DNA of 64,000 nucleotides from Bacteroidota bacterium (GTDB lineage Bacteria > Bacteroidota > Ignavibacteria > UBA10030 > UBA6906). A program made the position numbers and the translations under genes. Each line of letters starts with the position of its first letter. The first letter of the stretch is position 1. Below, one piece after another: positions 1 to 9,139 of this stretch. Below the pieces are notes generated by a model that saw only the letters and a list, made by a program, of their open reading frames with translations, searched no databases and had not been told where the DNA came from. The DNA lies in assembly GCA_038247945.1 (NCBI GenBank), contig JBBRUI010000001.1, positions 650-64,649 on the forward strand, given 5' to 3'.

Positions 1-19
1 TGACGTCGCTGCCAAGTAT

Positions 20-727
20 ATGATTCCGCTGCTGAATAGTTGGGGGACGCCGGTGAAAGACGCGTCTGTTGTAGATGTCGGGTGTGGGGAAGGTGGCGGG
101 CTCTGCGCGATCTACGATGCAGGATCCGCATCGTGTTGCGGTTTCGACCTTGAAGTTGGACGGGTTGAAGCCGCTCAACAATTGAAGGGCGAGCGAAAAA
201 TCCCCATGACGACAGGCAATCTCTATGAAGAGAAACTGCCGTACACCGACACACAATACGATATTGTTGTGCTGCATGATGTGTTTGAACATCTCGACTA
301 CAAACACGAGGTGATGAAAAAATTGATGGCGTATGCGAAGCCCAAGGGAAAAATCATGATAACCTTTCCGCCGTATTATTCGGCGTATGGCGCGCACCAG
401 CAATTGTTGCATACGGCGTGGGCAAAAATTCCGTTTTTTCATCTCATTCCTTTTGCCCTCACAAAGATTCTTCCCCGCTTACAAGGAGAGGCGCCTCATA
501 TAGTGGAGGAAATTCAGAAACTGGGGCGGTTGAAAATGGGCATGAAGAAGTTCGAGGCAATCGCCCATCGCCATGGACTGGTCATTGCAGGCAAGCAGGC
601 ATACCTGATAAGCCCCAATCATATTCGCTTCGGATTGAAACCCATTCCCGCTGGAAAAGTCGCCGAGATTCCGATCATTGGTGAAGTTGTGTGCACGGGA
701 GTCGTGTATTTGCTCGCCAAAAGCTGA
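20..727 (+). CDS. Class I SAM-dependent methyltransferase, possibly 5'-truncated by the window edge
   Basis: Translation has the glycine-rich motif I VVDVGCGEGG and an acidic motif II (VVLHDVFEH). It is the first gene of a glycan cluster. Confidence 0.7.
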   Translation: MIPLLNSWGTPVKDASVVDVGCGEGGGLCAIYDAGSASCCGFDLEVGRVEAAQQLKGERKIPMTTGNLYEEKLPYTDTQYDIVVLHDVFEHLDYKHEVMKKLMAYAKPKGKIMITFPPYYSAYGAHQQLLHTAWAKIPFFHLIPFALTKILPRLQGEAPHIVEEIQKLGRLKMGMKKFEAIAHRHGLVIAGKQAYLISPNHIRFGLKPIPAGKVAEIPIIGEVVCTGVVYLLAKS

Positions 728-772
728 CGGCATCTCTACCTTAAATCCGATATAGAAATTTCACGCAAAGCC

Positions 773-794
773 GCTCTACGAGTCGTAGACAAAG
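773..794. repeat. Short palindromic intergenic element, also present at 46747..46768
   Basis: gctctacgagtcgtagacaaag contains the palindrome ctacga/tcgtag. Both copies are intergenic and preceded by tcacgc. Confidence 0.5.
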
Positions 795-980
795 CTGCAA
801 AGGCAAGATTGAAAAAGGTTTTTTTCGATCATGAGCATTCACCTGTCTGGTGAATGCTCCATCAGACAGAAGTGTTTCGGTATTCGTTCCATCTTGGCGT
901 TCTTTGCGTCTTTGCGTGAGACTCTATATCGGAAATCAGGCTCTACTTTTACCTTTTTCCTTTTACCGTGAAACGTTATC

Positions 981-1838
981 TTGATTGAAAATGCGAAACG
1001 CATGTCCGACCCATTAGTCTTCATCATTCTGGTAAACTGGAATGGGAAAAAGGTAACGCTTGAGTGTCTGGATTCCCTTGCAAAGGTTTCCTACAAGAAT
1101 TTTAAAGTTGTCGTCGTCGATAATGCATCATCCGACGGATCTGTGCAGGCTATACGAGATCAGCACCCTGAATCAATAGTCTTGGAGCAAACAAGTAATC
1201 TTCGCTTCGCGGGCGGTAACAATGCAGGCATACGGCACGCACTTGAATACGGCGCAGAGTTGGTATGTCTGCTGAACAACGACACCACAGTCGACGGGGA
1301 ATTTCTGTCGCATCTCGTTTCGCGAATCCAATCGGACTCAAAGATTGGAATGGCGGCCCCGAAGATTTACTACCACGATGAGCCCAACAGAATCTGGTTT
1401 GCCGGCGGCTCGATTTCGATGTGGACCGGAACGATGAAACACATCGGCATTCGCGAAGATGATCACGGGCAGCACGATGTGAGCAAAGAAACTGACTACG
1501 CAACCGGCTGCTGTATTTTGACGAGTCGGGAAGTTGTAGAGAAGGTGGGCGGATTGGACGAATCGTTTTTTATGTACACAGAAGATGCGGATTGGTCCAT
1601 GCGCGTACGGCGTGCGGGCTATTCGGTTGTGTATGAACCACGCGCTAAAGTCTGGCACAAACTTTCTGTTGCCAGCGGCGGACATCTCTCGATCTTCAAG
1701 ATGAAAAATAAACTTATCAGCAACTACCGGTTCTTCAGGCGCTATGCGACATTTCCGCAGATGCTGGTGTATCCGTGGATGAATGTTATTGTGAATGGGT
1801 GGGCGGCGATGAAATATATTTTTACGGCGCGCCGGTAA
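981..1838 (+). CDS. Glycosyltransferase family 2
   Basis: N-terminus LVFIILVNWNG...VVVVDNASSDGS is the typical GT2 (GT-A) signature, with a DxD-like YTEDAD motif. It is a paralog of the ORF at 8088..9011. Confidence 0.8.
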   Translation: MIENAKRMSDPLVFIILVNWNGKKVTLECLDSLAKVSYKNFKVVVVDNASSDGSVQAIRDQHPESIVLEQTSNLRFAGGNNAGIRHALEYGAELVCLLNNDTTVDGEFLSHLVSRIQSDSKIGMAAPKIYYHDEPNRIWFAGGSISMWTGTMKHIGIREDDHGQHDVSKETDYATGCCILTSREVVEKVGGLDESFFMYTEDADWSMRVRRAGYSVVYEPRAKVWHKLSVASGGHLSIFKMKNKLISNYRFFRRYATFPQMLVYPWMNVIVNGWAAMKYIFTARR

Positions 1839-1839
1839 C

Positions 1840-3162
1840 ATGGAATTCGGAAAACATCTTGGCAAAGGCATATGGGGTCTGGCAGACAAGATGCTGCCTG
1901 TTGCATATGGGATCGCCTACGTCGTTCTCGTTATACGGGTACTTCCCCCGGAAGAATTTGGAAGCTTTGTGCTGGTGCAGGAGATATTTTTGATTATTAC
2001 GGGACTGGCGACAGGGTTTGCTCTGCAGCCTTTGCTCAAGTTTGCGTCGGAAGATGCAGTGGAAATTCGGGGATATATCGCTATAGCATTGGTGTTGAAT
2101 ACCGGCTTTCTTCTTCTTTGTTCTCTGCTGATAGTTTTATTCAACGTGCCGTTAAGTCTACTTTTGAACTCTGCATCGCTGGGACCACTGCTCATGTATG
2201 TTCCGGCAATGTTGTTTGCTTCGTACCTGCGGAATTTTTGCCTGGTTTTGCTGCAAACCCGTTTTCGTGTTCAAGAAATTTTTTGGACAGACGTGTTCCA
2301 CTTTCTTGGAACGCCGTTGCTCATCTGGATTTGGTCGCGTATGCATATGTTCAATTCCGCAAATGATTTGCTTAATATAAATCTCATTTCTCTTTCATGC
2401 TCATCGTTGGTGGGATGGTTTTTCTCGCGGGATTTATTCTCGACCCGTTTCTCATTGGACAAACGTGAATTGAAGAAGATGTGGGATTACGGAAGCTATA
2501 GCGTGGGCAGTACTCTCAGCGCCCTGATGATCACAAAATCAGATACATTTATTCTCGCGGCGTTCGGAGGCCTGGTCGAGGTAGCAATATACAATTCGGT
2601 AAAAACATTTGTCCGGATTTATGATATGCTGACTCAGGTTGTGGGGATGTTTGTTTTCCCTGCGTCGTCACGCCTTGCTTCTCAAAATGACTTCACAAGA
2701 TTACGCGCCATGATTGAGAAGGCAATTCTCTTCGCAACGCTCATGATGATTCCCGTCTTCCTGGGTTTCTTAATTATGCCGTCGTTGTTAGTGGAAATAT
2801 ACGGTGGCAAATATGTTGGAGCTGCTCCCATCCTCCGGGTTTTTTCTATTGCGTCGTTGACAGTATCGGCGGCAGCAGTTGCAGGAAATGTACTAATGGG
2901 GTTAGGACATGCGCGGCTGGTGTTTTACCTTTTGCTTCAGCAGTTGGTTCTCACTATAGTAGGATTTTTATTTTTGATTCCGTGGCTCGGCGGTGTCGGA
3001 GCTGCGCTCACCTACGTTATCGTCAGTATTGTGGGGACAGCTATTTCACTTGCGTATCTCAACCGCTATGTTCCATTATCTCTGGGAGCGATCCTTGGCC
3101 GTACCAAAGACATCGTTGTGTTCATGAAATCCCGTCTTGCATTTCCGAATAGAACACCATGA
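1840..3162 (+). CDS. Polysaccharide flippase (Wzx-like, MOP superfamily)
   Basis: 440-aa, very hydrophobic protein with about 12 predicted TM segments. Its start overlaps the stop of the upstream GT2. Confidence 0.7.
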   Translation: MEFGKHLGKGIWGLADKMLPVAYGIAYVVLVIRVLPPEEFGSFVLVQEIFLIITGLATGFALQPLLKFASEDAVEIRGYIAIALVLNTGFLLLCSLLIVLFNVPLSLLLNSASLGPLLMYVPAMLFASYLRNFCLVLLQTRFRVQEIFWTDVFHFLGTPLLIWIWSRMHMFNSANDLLNINLISLSCSSLVGWFFSRDLFSTRFSLDKRELKKMWDYGSYSVGSTLSALMITKSDTFILAAFGGLVEVAIYNSVKTFVRIYDMLTQVVGMFVFPASSRLASQNDFTRLRAMIEKAILFATLMMIPVFLGFLIMPSLLVEIYGGKYVGAAPILRVFSIASLTVSAAAVAGNVLMGLGHARLVFYLLLQQLVLTIVGFLFLIPWLGGVGAALTYVIVSIVGTAISLAYLNRYVPLSLGAILGRTKDIVVFMKSRLAFPNRTP

Positions 3163-3169
3163 ACCAAAC

Positions 3170-4108
3170 ATGATCAAAACAATTCTGATAAAGGCAAAAA
3201 GACTTAAGAAGCGTTTCGATCAGATCAACGAGCTGGTTCAACGCGTTGAACAGTTACAGCAAGCAGTTGGTAGAATAGAAACGCGCTTGTCGCTCCCCGC
3301 AAGAGCGGATAGTAAAAATGTTCAAGACCATGAGTTCAAAGTGTACTCTCAATGGGGAGAGGACGGAATCATTCAATACCTGATTAATTCCATTGAGATT
3401 CCGAACAAGGTGTTTGTTGAGTTTGGGGTGCAGGATTATCGCGAATCGAATACGCGCTTTCTGTTGCAAAATAATAATTGGTCCGGTCTGGTCATGGACT
3501 CTTCTCCCGAGTTTATTCAGCGGATCAAGAACGAACCACTTTACTTTCGGCACAATCTGCGGGCGGAGTGTGCATTCATAGACCGCGACAATATTAACGA
3601 TCTCCTGGATCGCAACGGGATTCGCGGTGACATTGGACTTCTTTCTGTTGATGTTGACGGAATGGACTATTGGATCTGGGAAGCCATCACTGCGATCAAT
3701 CCGCGGATTGTTATCTGTGAATACGACACCTTTTTAGGTTCTGAGCGGGCGGTTGTGACGCCTTATGACAAATCGTTCGACCGTCTGAAGGCTCACTATT
3801 CATTTCTGTATGGGGGAAGCTCAATTGCAGCTATTACTCTACTCGCAAAAAGAAAAGGCTATTCACTCGTAGGATCAAACAGTAATGGCGTGAATGCGTT
3901 TTTCGTCAGAAACGATATTATTGGTTCCCTGCAAGTCTTGACTCCCCGAGAAGCTCATATGAAAGGCAAGTTCCGAAATTCCCACGACCGTGAAGGGAAC
4001 AGAACATTCTTGAGCGCGGAGGTGGGGATCAAACTGATCGGGGATATGCCGCTCTATGATGTGGAAAGAGATTTGACGATCAAAGTCCGCGACCTCAATC
4101 ATTCTTAA
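3170..4108 (+). CDS. FkbM-family methyltransferase-like protein (Methyltransf_21-like)
   Basis: Motif YSQWGEDGII...VFVEFGVQDYRESNTRFLL...WSGLVMDSSP resembles the SQxGED...FVDIGAxD...SNT...WxGxxIEP pattern of FkbM-family methyltransferases, with a degenerate glycine loop. The start was moved from 3137 to the ATG at 3170 to avoid overlap with the flippase. Confidence 0.4.
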   Translation: MIKTILIKAKRLKKRFDQINELVQRVEQLQQAVGRIETRLSLPARADSKNVQDHEFKVYSQWGEDGIIQYLINSIEIPNKVFVEFGVQDYRESNTRFLLQNNNWSGLVMDSSPEFIQRIKNEPLYFRHNLRAECAFIDRDNINDLLDRNGIRGDIGLLSVDVDGMDYWIWEAITAINPRIVICEYDTFLGSERAVVTPYDKSFDRLKAHYSFLYGGSSIAAITLLAKRKGYSLVGSNSNGVNAFFVRNDIIGSLQVLTPREAHMKGKFRNSHDREGNRTFLSAEVGIKLIGDMPLYDVERDLTIKVRDLNHS

Positions 4109-4120
4109 TCAAAAAAGTAC

Positions 4121-4570
4121 ATGGCTGAAACTCTTGGGTCGCTTTGCGACAAGCTCACGATCGTAAAGCTTAAACAATGGCATTCTGAAGAACCCGAGAG
4201 GCTGCGCAGTCTTAAGGTTCAAGAGCGCCAACTGCAGGATGAGATTGCGGAATATGTTGCCGCAGCAGTCTCAGGTCAAATTCCGGCAGAACGCTTAACG
4301 TTTGCTGCTAACAAAATCTATAAGAAAGAAGGAAACACCATAGCAAATGTAACGGGAACACTCGGCGAACTTGTTTCGCGACTCGCCGACGTAAATTGTC
4401 AATTGTGGCACGAGCAGGAAAAGGTTTATGCGTTTGAAACTATACCCGCGAATCAAAAGAACGATGTTGTAAAGCAACTTGCGATTCTGAATCTTGAGCG
4501 CACGCAATGCATCGATCAGATGGACAAAGCATTCCGCGACAGCATTGTTGCAGGGAGAGATAAATCATGA
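4121..4570 (+). CDS. Hypothetical protein, 149 aa (possible DUF4254-like glycan-cluster accessory protein)
   Basis: Clean ORF in the operon, helical and charged. The family is not confidently recognised. Confidence 0.35.
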   Translation: MAETLGSLCDKLTIVKLKQWHSEEPERLRSLKVQERQLQDEIAEYVAAAVSGQIPAERLTFAANKIYKKEGNTIANVTGTLGELVSRLADVNCQLWHEQEKVYAFETIPANQKNDVVKQLAILNLERTQCIDQMDKAFRDSIVAGRDKS

Positions 4571-4604
4571 AACGACAGGCAGTACAGTTGCCAAAGGAAA
4601 TATT

Positions 4605-5867
4605 ATGCATTTAGTTCATCGACAAAGTTGCCGCGTTTGCGGCTCCAAAGCTCTTACCCGAGTGATCGATTTGGGCGAGCAGTACCTTCAAGGATCGTTT
4701 GTAAAACCCGGCAAGGAACAACCACCGACCAGAAAGATCCCAACGGTGCTTGTTCGATGTAATCCGCTTCTCGACGAGAACGCGTGCGGCTTGCTTCAAA
4801 TGGAGAACACGGTGCCTCCGGAAGTTCTGTACTCAGCGTATTGGTACAGATCGGGCACCAACAACACAATGCGTTCGCATTTACATGAAATCGTCGATGC
4901 CGCAACAGCACATATTCAAAAACCCATTGCGCGAGTCCTCGACATCGGTTGTAACGATGGAACTCTCTTGCGGTTTTATCCCGAAGCATATATAAAGTTT
5001 GGCATCGACCCCTCGGACGTTGCGCAAGAAATACAGGGTGACATTAGAGTTATTCAGGATATTTTTCCTTCGAATGAACTTACTCATGTCGCCCATGATA
5101 TGCCGTTCGATATCATTACTTCTATAGCGATGTTCTACGATCTGGAAAACCCTGTCGCTTTTACCCAAAGCATCAAGGAAATACTGGCACCTCAGGGAGT
5201 GTGGATTTTCGAGATGTCCTACATGCCATCGATGATCAAAATGAATTCGTACGATACGATCTGCCACGAACATCTCGAGTACTACAGTCTGGCTGTGCTT
5301 GAAAAGATAATGCAGCGGGCCGGAATGAAGATTATTAACGCAGAGCTTAATTCAATCAATGGCGGCAGTATCCGGTGCTACGCTACGCATAACGACAATT
5401 TCATGAACAAGAATGAAAAGTACGCACAGAGCATTAACGAATTGCGGGCAGCCGAATTCGACATGGAGCTGGACACGGATAAGCCGTACAAAAATTTTCA
5501 GGATCACATCAATATCCATAAAGAAGAGTTAACGGCACTTTTGCGCCGGCTGAAAAAAGAAGGCAAGCATATTCATGTGTACGGAGCCTCGACAAAAGGA
5601 AATACAATTCTGCAATGGTGCGGCATTGATAACAGGATTGTGGATGCCGCGGCGGACAGAAATCCGGACAAGCATGGGGCATATACACTGGGCACTGAGA
5701 TCCCGATCATAAGTGAAGAGCAATCGCGCCAAATGAAACCGGATTACTATCTCGTGTTGCCCTGGCATTTCAAAGATGAGTTCATCGAGCGAGAAAAAGC
5801 GATACTGCAGGCAGGGATTAAAATGATTTTCCCCTTGCCCGAGATTGAGATAGTTGGTCTGCCCTGA
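4605..5867 (+). CDS. NDP-hexose C-methyltransferase (TylC3/TcaB9-like)
   Basis: N-terminal 4-Cys putative zinc-binding region (CRVCGS...C...C), a class I SAM-binding domain (LDIGCNDG) and a C-methyltransferase C-terminal domain. The ATG at 4605 follows the RBS AAAGGA; the track start at 4494 is an upstream extension. Confidence 0.75.
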   Translation: MHLVHRQSCRVCGSKALTRVIDLGEQYLQGSFVKPGKEQPPTRKIPTVLVRCNPLLDENACGLLQMENTVPPEVLYSAYWYRSGTNNTMRSHLHEIVDAATAHIQKPIARVLDIGCNDGTLLRFYPEAYIKFGIDPSDVAQEIQGDIRVIQDIFPSNELTHVAHDMPFDIITSIAMFYDLENPVAFTQSIKEILAPQGVWIFEMSYMPSMIKMNSYDTICHEHLEYYSLAVLEKIMQRAGMKIINAELNSINGGSIRCYATHNDNFMNKNEKYAQSINELRAAEFDMELDTDKPYKNFQDHINIHKEELTALLRRLKKEGKHIHVYGASTKGNTILQWCGIDNRIVDAAADRNPDKHGAYTLGTEIPIISEEQSRQMKPDYYLVLPWHFKDEFIEREKAILQAGIKMIFPLPEIEIVGLP

Positions 5868-5883
5868 TGGTAGAAGCAGCGGA

Positions 5884-6963
5884 ATGAAAAGCCCGGAAAG
5901 GATTCTTTTGGGACATCTGGCGTCGAACGGAGATTGTTTGTACGCAACGGCAATTGCCCGGCAAATAAAACATGACTACTCTGATTGTCATCTTACGTGG
6001 GCAGTTGGTTCTCTCTATCGACAGGCGATTGAAAACAATCCATATGTGGATGCAATATGGGAAATCCCAATTTCAAACAGAAATGAAATTGACAGTGTGT
6101 GGCGAACATTCGCACGCGAGGCAAAACAGAAGCAAGCATCCGGCCAGTTCGACAAAATATTTCTCACTCAAGTTGCTCCGGACAATTACCAGAACTTCGA
6201 CGGGACCCTGCGTTCTTCAATCTTTCGCGGATATCCTGGGCCGGTCACAGTTCCGATCACACCATCGATACGCTTAAGACCCGAGGAGGTTGAAAGAGTA
6301 CGTGAGTTTGTTACTCTTAAGGGAATCAACCGGAGTAAAAATGTGATTCTTTTCGAGTGTGCAGCTTACAGCAGTCAGTCGTTTGTTTCTCCGGAATTCG
6401 CGATAGAGACTGCACTGCTGGTACTTGAAAAAACACCCGATTGCTCGTTCATACTTTCGTCAAACATGAAAATCGATTCTTCCGATAGTCGTGTTATTGA
6501 TGGTAGCGTTCTCCGTTTCCGGGAAAATGCTGAACTGACAAAGTACTGCACATTGCTTGTAGGTGGATCAAGCGGCGTGTCATGGCTTGCAACTTCAGAT
6601 TGGGCGAAACCCCTTCCGACAATACAGCTGCTTCGGAGAGAAATGGGTGTCTACGCATCCATGTGTCATGATGCTGAATACTTCGGCTTGCCCGGCGAAC
6701 ATATTATAGAGATGACAGAATGTTCACCACAACATCTGGCCAACTGTATCATCGCATCCATGAGTCAACCGTTCCCCGAAGTCCGGGAACGGTTCCATGA
6801 ACGTATAGAGGTTGATTTACATTTCTATATGGAACGTTTCATGCGTTCTCAATTGCGCCAATTTCATCCATTGAAAATAATTCAATCCATGTCGAACGTT
6901 TACAAGCGATATGGGGTTCAACCGTTTGTTATGTATCTTAGATCAAAAATACATTTTTCGTAA
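5884..6963 (+). CDS. Glycosyltransferase family 9-like (heptosyltransferase fold)
   Basis: N-terminal [35 protein letters not shown] resembles the GT9 ILIIRLSxLGDVLLxTPALRAL motif. The start was taken as the ATG at 5884 (MKSPERILL). Confidence 0.5.
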   Translation: MKSPERILLGHLASNGDCLYATAIARQIKHDYSDCHLTWAVGSLYRQAIENNPYVDAIWEIPISNRNEIDSVWRTFAREAKQKQASGQFDKIFLTQVAPDNYQNFDGTLRSSIFRGYPGPVTVPITPSIRLRPEEVERVREFVTLKGINRSKNVILFECAAYSSQSFVSPEFAIETALLVLEKTPDCSFILSSNMKIDSSDSRVIDGSVLRFRENAELTKYCTLLVGGSSGVSWLATSDWAKPLPTIQLLRREMGVYASMCHDAEYFGLPGEHIIEMTECSPQHLANCIIASMSQPFPEVRERFHERIEVDLHFYMERFMRSQLRQFHPLKIIQSMSNVYKRYGVQPFVMYLRSKIHFS

Positions 6964-6974
6964 TAGGGGTCTCA

Positions 6975-8030
6975 ATGAAGAAAGCATTAGTCACAGGCAT
7001 AACTGGTCAAGACGGGTCATATCTAACAGAATTGTTGCTGGAAAAAGGCTACGAGGTTCACGGCATAATTCGCCGCAGCAGTTCCTTCAACCGGGGGAGA
7101 ATTGATCATCTGTATATCGCGGACCGGGAGTTGATGAACAAGAAACTCTTTCTCCATTATGGCGACGTAACGGATACGAGCAATCTCAATCGGCTGTTGG
7201 AGAAAGTGGAGCCGACAGAAATCTACAATCTCGCTGCGCAAAGCCACGTGAAAGTGTCGTTCGATATTCCGGAGTATACTGCACAAGTAGATGCCGTTGG
7301 AACGCTGCGGTTCCTGGACGCGATACGGGAAACGGGCGTGAAGACAAAGTTCTACCAGGCATCAACGAGCGAACTGTTCGGCAAAGTTCAGGAAATACCG
7401 CAATCGGAAAAGACGCCGTTCTATCCTCGAAGTCCATACGGTGTTGCAAAGTTATATGGATATTGGATTGTTGTGAACTATCGGGAAGCGTACAATCTTT
7501 TTGCGTGCAATGGCATTCTCTTCAATCATGAATCGCCCCGACGAGGTGAGGCGTTTGTTACGAGAAAGATTACGATGGCAGCGTCGAAAATCAAACATGG
7601 ATTGCAGTCCTTGCTCACGTTAGGTAACCTGAGCGCAAAGCGCGACTGGGGATACGCCAAGGAGTATTGCGAAGGAATGTGGCGCATGCTGCAATTGGAC
7701 GGCCCGGAAGATTTTGTTCTTGCTACAGGCGAGACTCACACCGTGCGTGAATTTGTTGAGATAGCATTCAAAGAGCTGGACATGCCGGTTGAGTGGAAAG
7801 GGGAAGGCGTGGATGAAAAAGGTATCTCTGCAAAGACGGGCAATGTTGTTGTAGATGTTGATCCGCTATACTATCGGCCCACTGAAGTAGATCTGCTTGT
7901 AGGAAACGCAGCCAAGGCGAAGGAAAAATTAGGATGGGCCGCTACAACCAAATTTGAAGATCTTGTACGCATGATGGCGAAAGCAGATTTCGAGCTCGTA
8001 GCAAAACATGGACTTCGAGTTCTGTATTGA
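6975..8030 (+). CDS. gmd: GDP-mannose 4,6-dehydratase
   Basis: [39 protein letters not shown] plus a YxxxK catalytic region. Length 351 aa is typical of Gmd. Confidence 0.9.
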   Translation: MKKALVTGITGQDGSYLTELLLEKGYEVHGIIRRSSSFNRGRIDHLYIADRELMNKKLFLHYGDVTDTSNLNRLLEKVEPTEIYNLAAQSHVKVSFDIPEYTAQVDAVGTLRFLDAIRETGVKTKFYQASTSELFGKVQEIPQSEKTPFYPRSPYGVAKLYGYWIVVNYREAYNLFACNGILFNHESPRRGEAFVTRKITMAASKIKHGLQSLLTLGNLSAKRDWGYAKEYCEGMWRMLQLDGPEDFVLATGETHTVREFVEIAFKELDMPVEWKGEGVDEKGISAKTGNVVVDVDPLYYRPTEVDLLVGNAAKAKEKLGWAATTKFEDLVRMMAKADFELVAKHGLRVLY

Positions 8031-8087
8031 TGTTGGAAATGTCCCCCCACAATCGGGATTGTACCGTCCGCTCGATAAGCGAGGAAT

Positions 8088-9011
8088 ATGCCGGAACTCT
8101 CCGTTATTCTTGTCAACTATAAACGCCCGAAGGACACGATCGAGTGCATAGATTCTCTTCTCAATAGTTCTTTCAAAGATATTAATATCATTGTTGTCGA
8201 AAATGGTTCAGGCGACGGTTCCGGAGAAAAAATCCGGAGGGCCGCCCCCTCCATTTCTCTAATCAAAAACCCAACGAATGTTGGTTTCGCGGAAGGAAAC
8301 AATCTCGGGATTCGCGCAGCGCTCGTATCGCACAGTAAGTTCATTCTCCTGTTGAACAACGATACAATCGTTGATCCGGATGCTCTGAAGTGGCTCCTTT
8401 CTACAATGGACGAGCATCAGGATGCCGGGATTGTAGGAGCGAAGATTTTCTATTTCGATAAGCCCGATGTTCTTTGGTTTGCAGGCGGCTATTTTAATCC
8501 CTACTCTGCATTTGGCGGACACTACGGGATTGGCGAACTGGACAGCGCTATCCATAACCGAGAACGCACCTGTACACTCATAACCGGATGCTGTCTGCTA
8601 TTTCGTCGGGAGGTTGCCCTTCACATCGGATTGCTCGACAGTGACTACTTTGCGTATTTGGAAGACGCAGACTTTTGTGTGCGGACGCGGCGTAGCGGTT
8701 ATGCATTATACTATCAACCCCATGCGGTCCTGTATCATAAAGTTTCCAGCACATCTGCGTGGGACAGCCCTGCATATATCTACTTTAACCTCAGAAACAA
8801 AATCTTCTTTCTTCGTAAGAATGCGAACTTCCATCAGTGGTTTCCATCGTTGCCTCGGTTGGTGTACTTTTATGTTCGGCAGTTCGTCCGGTTGGCTTTG
8901 AAGTGGCGCGACATAAAAAAAACCCGTGCAGCCTTGTATGGCTTGGTGGATGGTCTCCGCAACTACACAGGTGAGTTCGGAAAGGGTCGTTTGAATCAAC
9001 TTTTGGACTAG
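8088..9011 (+). CDS. Glycosyltransferase family 2 (paralog of 981..1838)
   Basis: LSVILVNYKRPKDTIECIDSLL...NIIVVENGSGDGS with a YLEDADF DxD motif. Same domain order as the first GT2. Confidence 0.8.
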   Translation: MPELSVILVNYKRPKDTIECIDSLLNSSFKDINIIVVENGSGDGSGEKIRRAAPSISLIKNPTNVGFAEGNNLGIRAALVSHSKFILLLNNDTIVDPDALKWLLSTMDEHQDAGIVGAKIFYFDKPDVLWFAGGYFNPYSAFGGHYGIGELDSAIHNRERTCTLITGCCLLFRREVALHIGLLDSDYFAYLEDADFCVRTRRSGYALYYQPHAVLYHKVSSTSAWDSPAYIYFNLRNKIFFLRKNANFHQWFPSLPRLVYFYVRQFVRLALKWRDIKKTRAALYGLVDGLRNYTGEFGKGRLNQLLD

Positions 9012-9139
9012 CAGAGGCTTAATCGCGAATTTCTTTTGACATTGCTATACCGATCGAGTACCTTGTAACCACAAACTGATACAAGTACCCCCCACAAGTT
9101 CCTTCTCTGTTTTTTCCATTTTATTGAAAGGGCGCTGTT

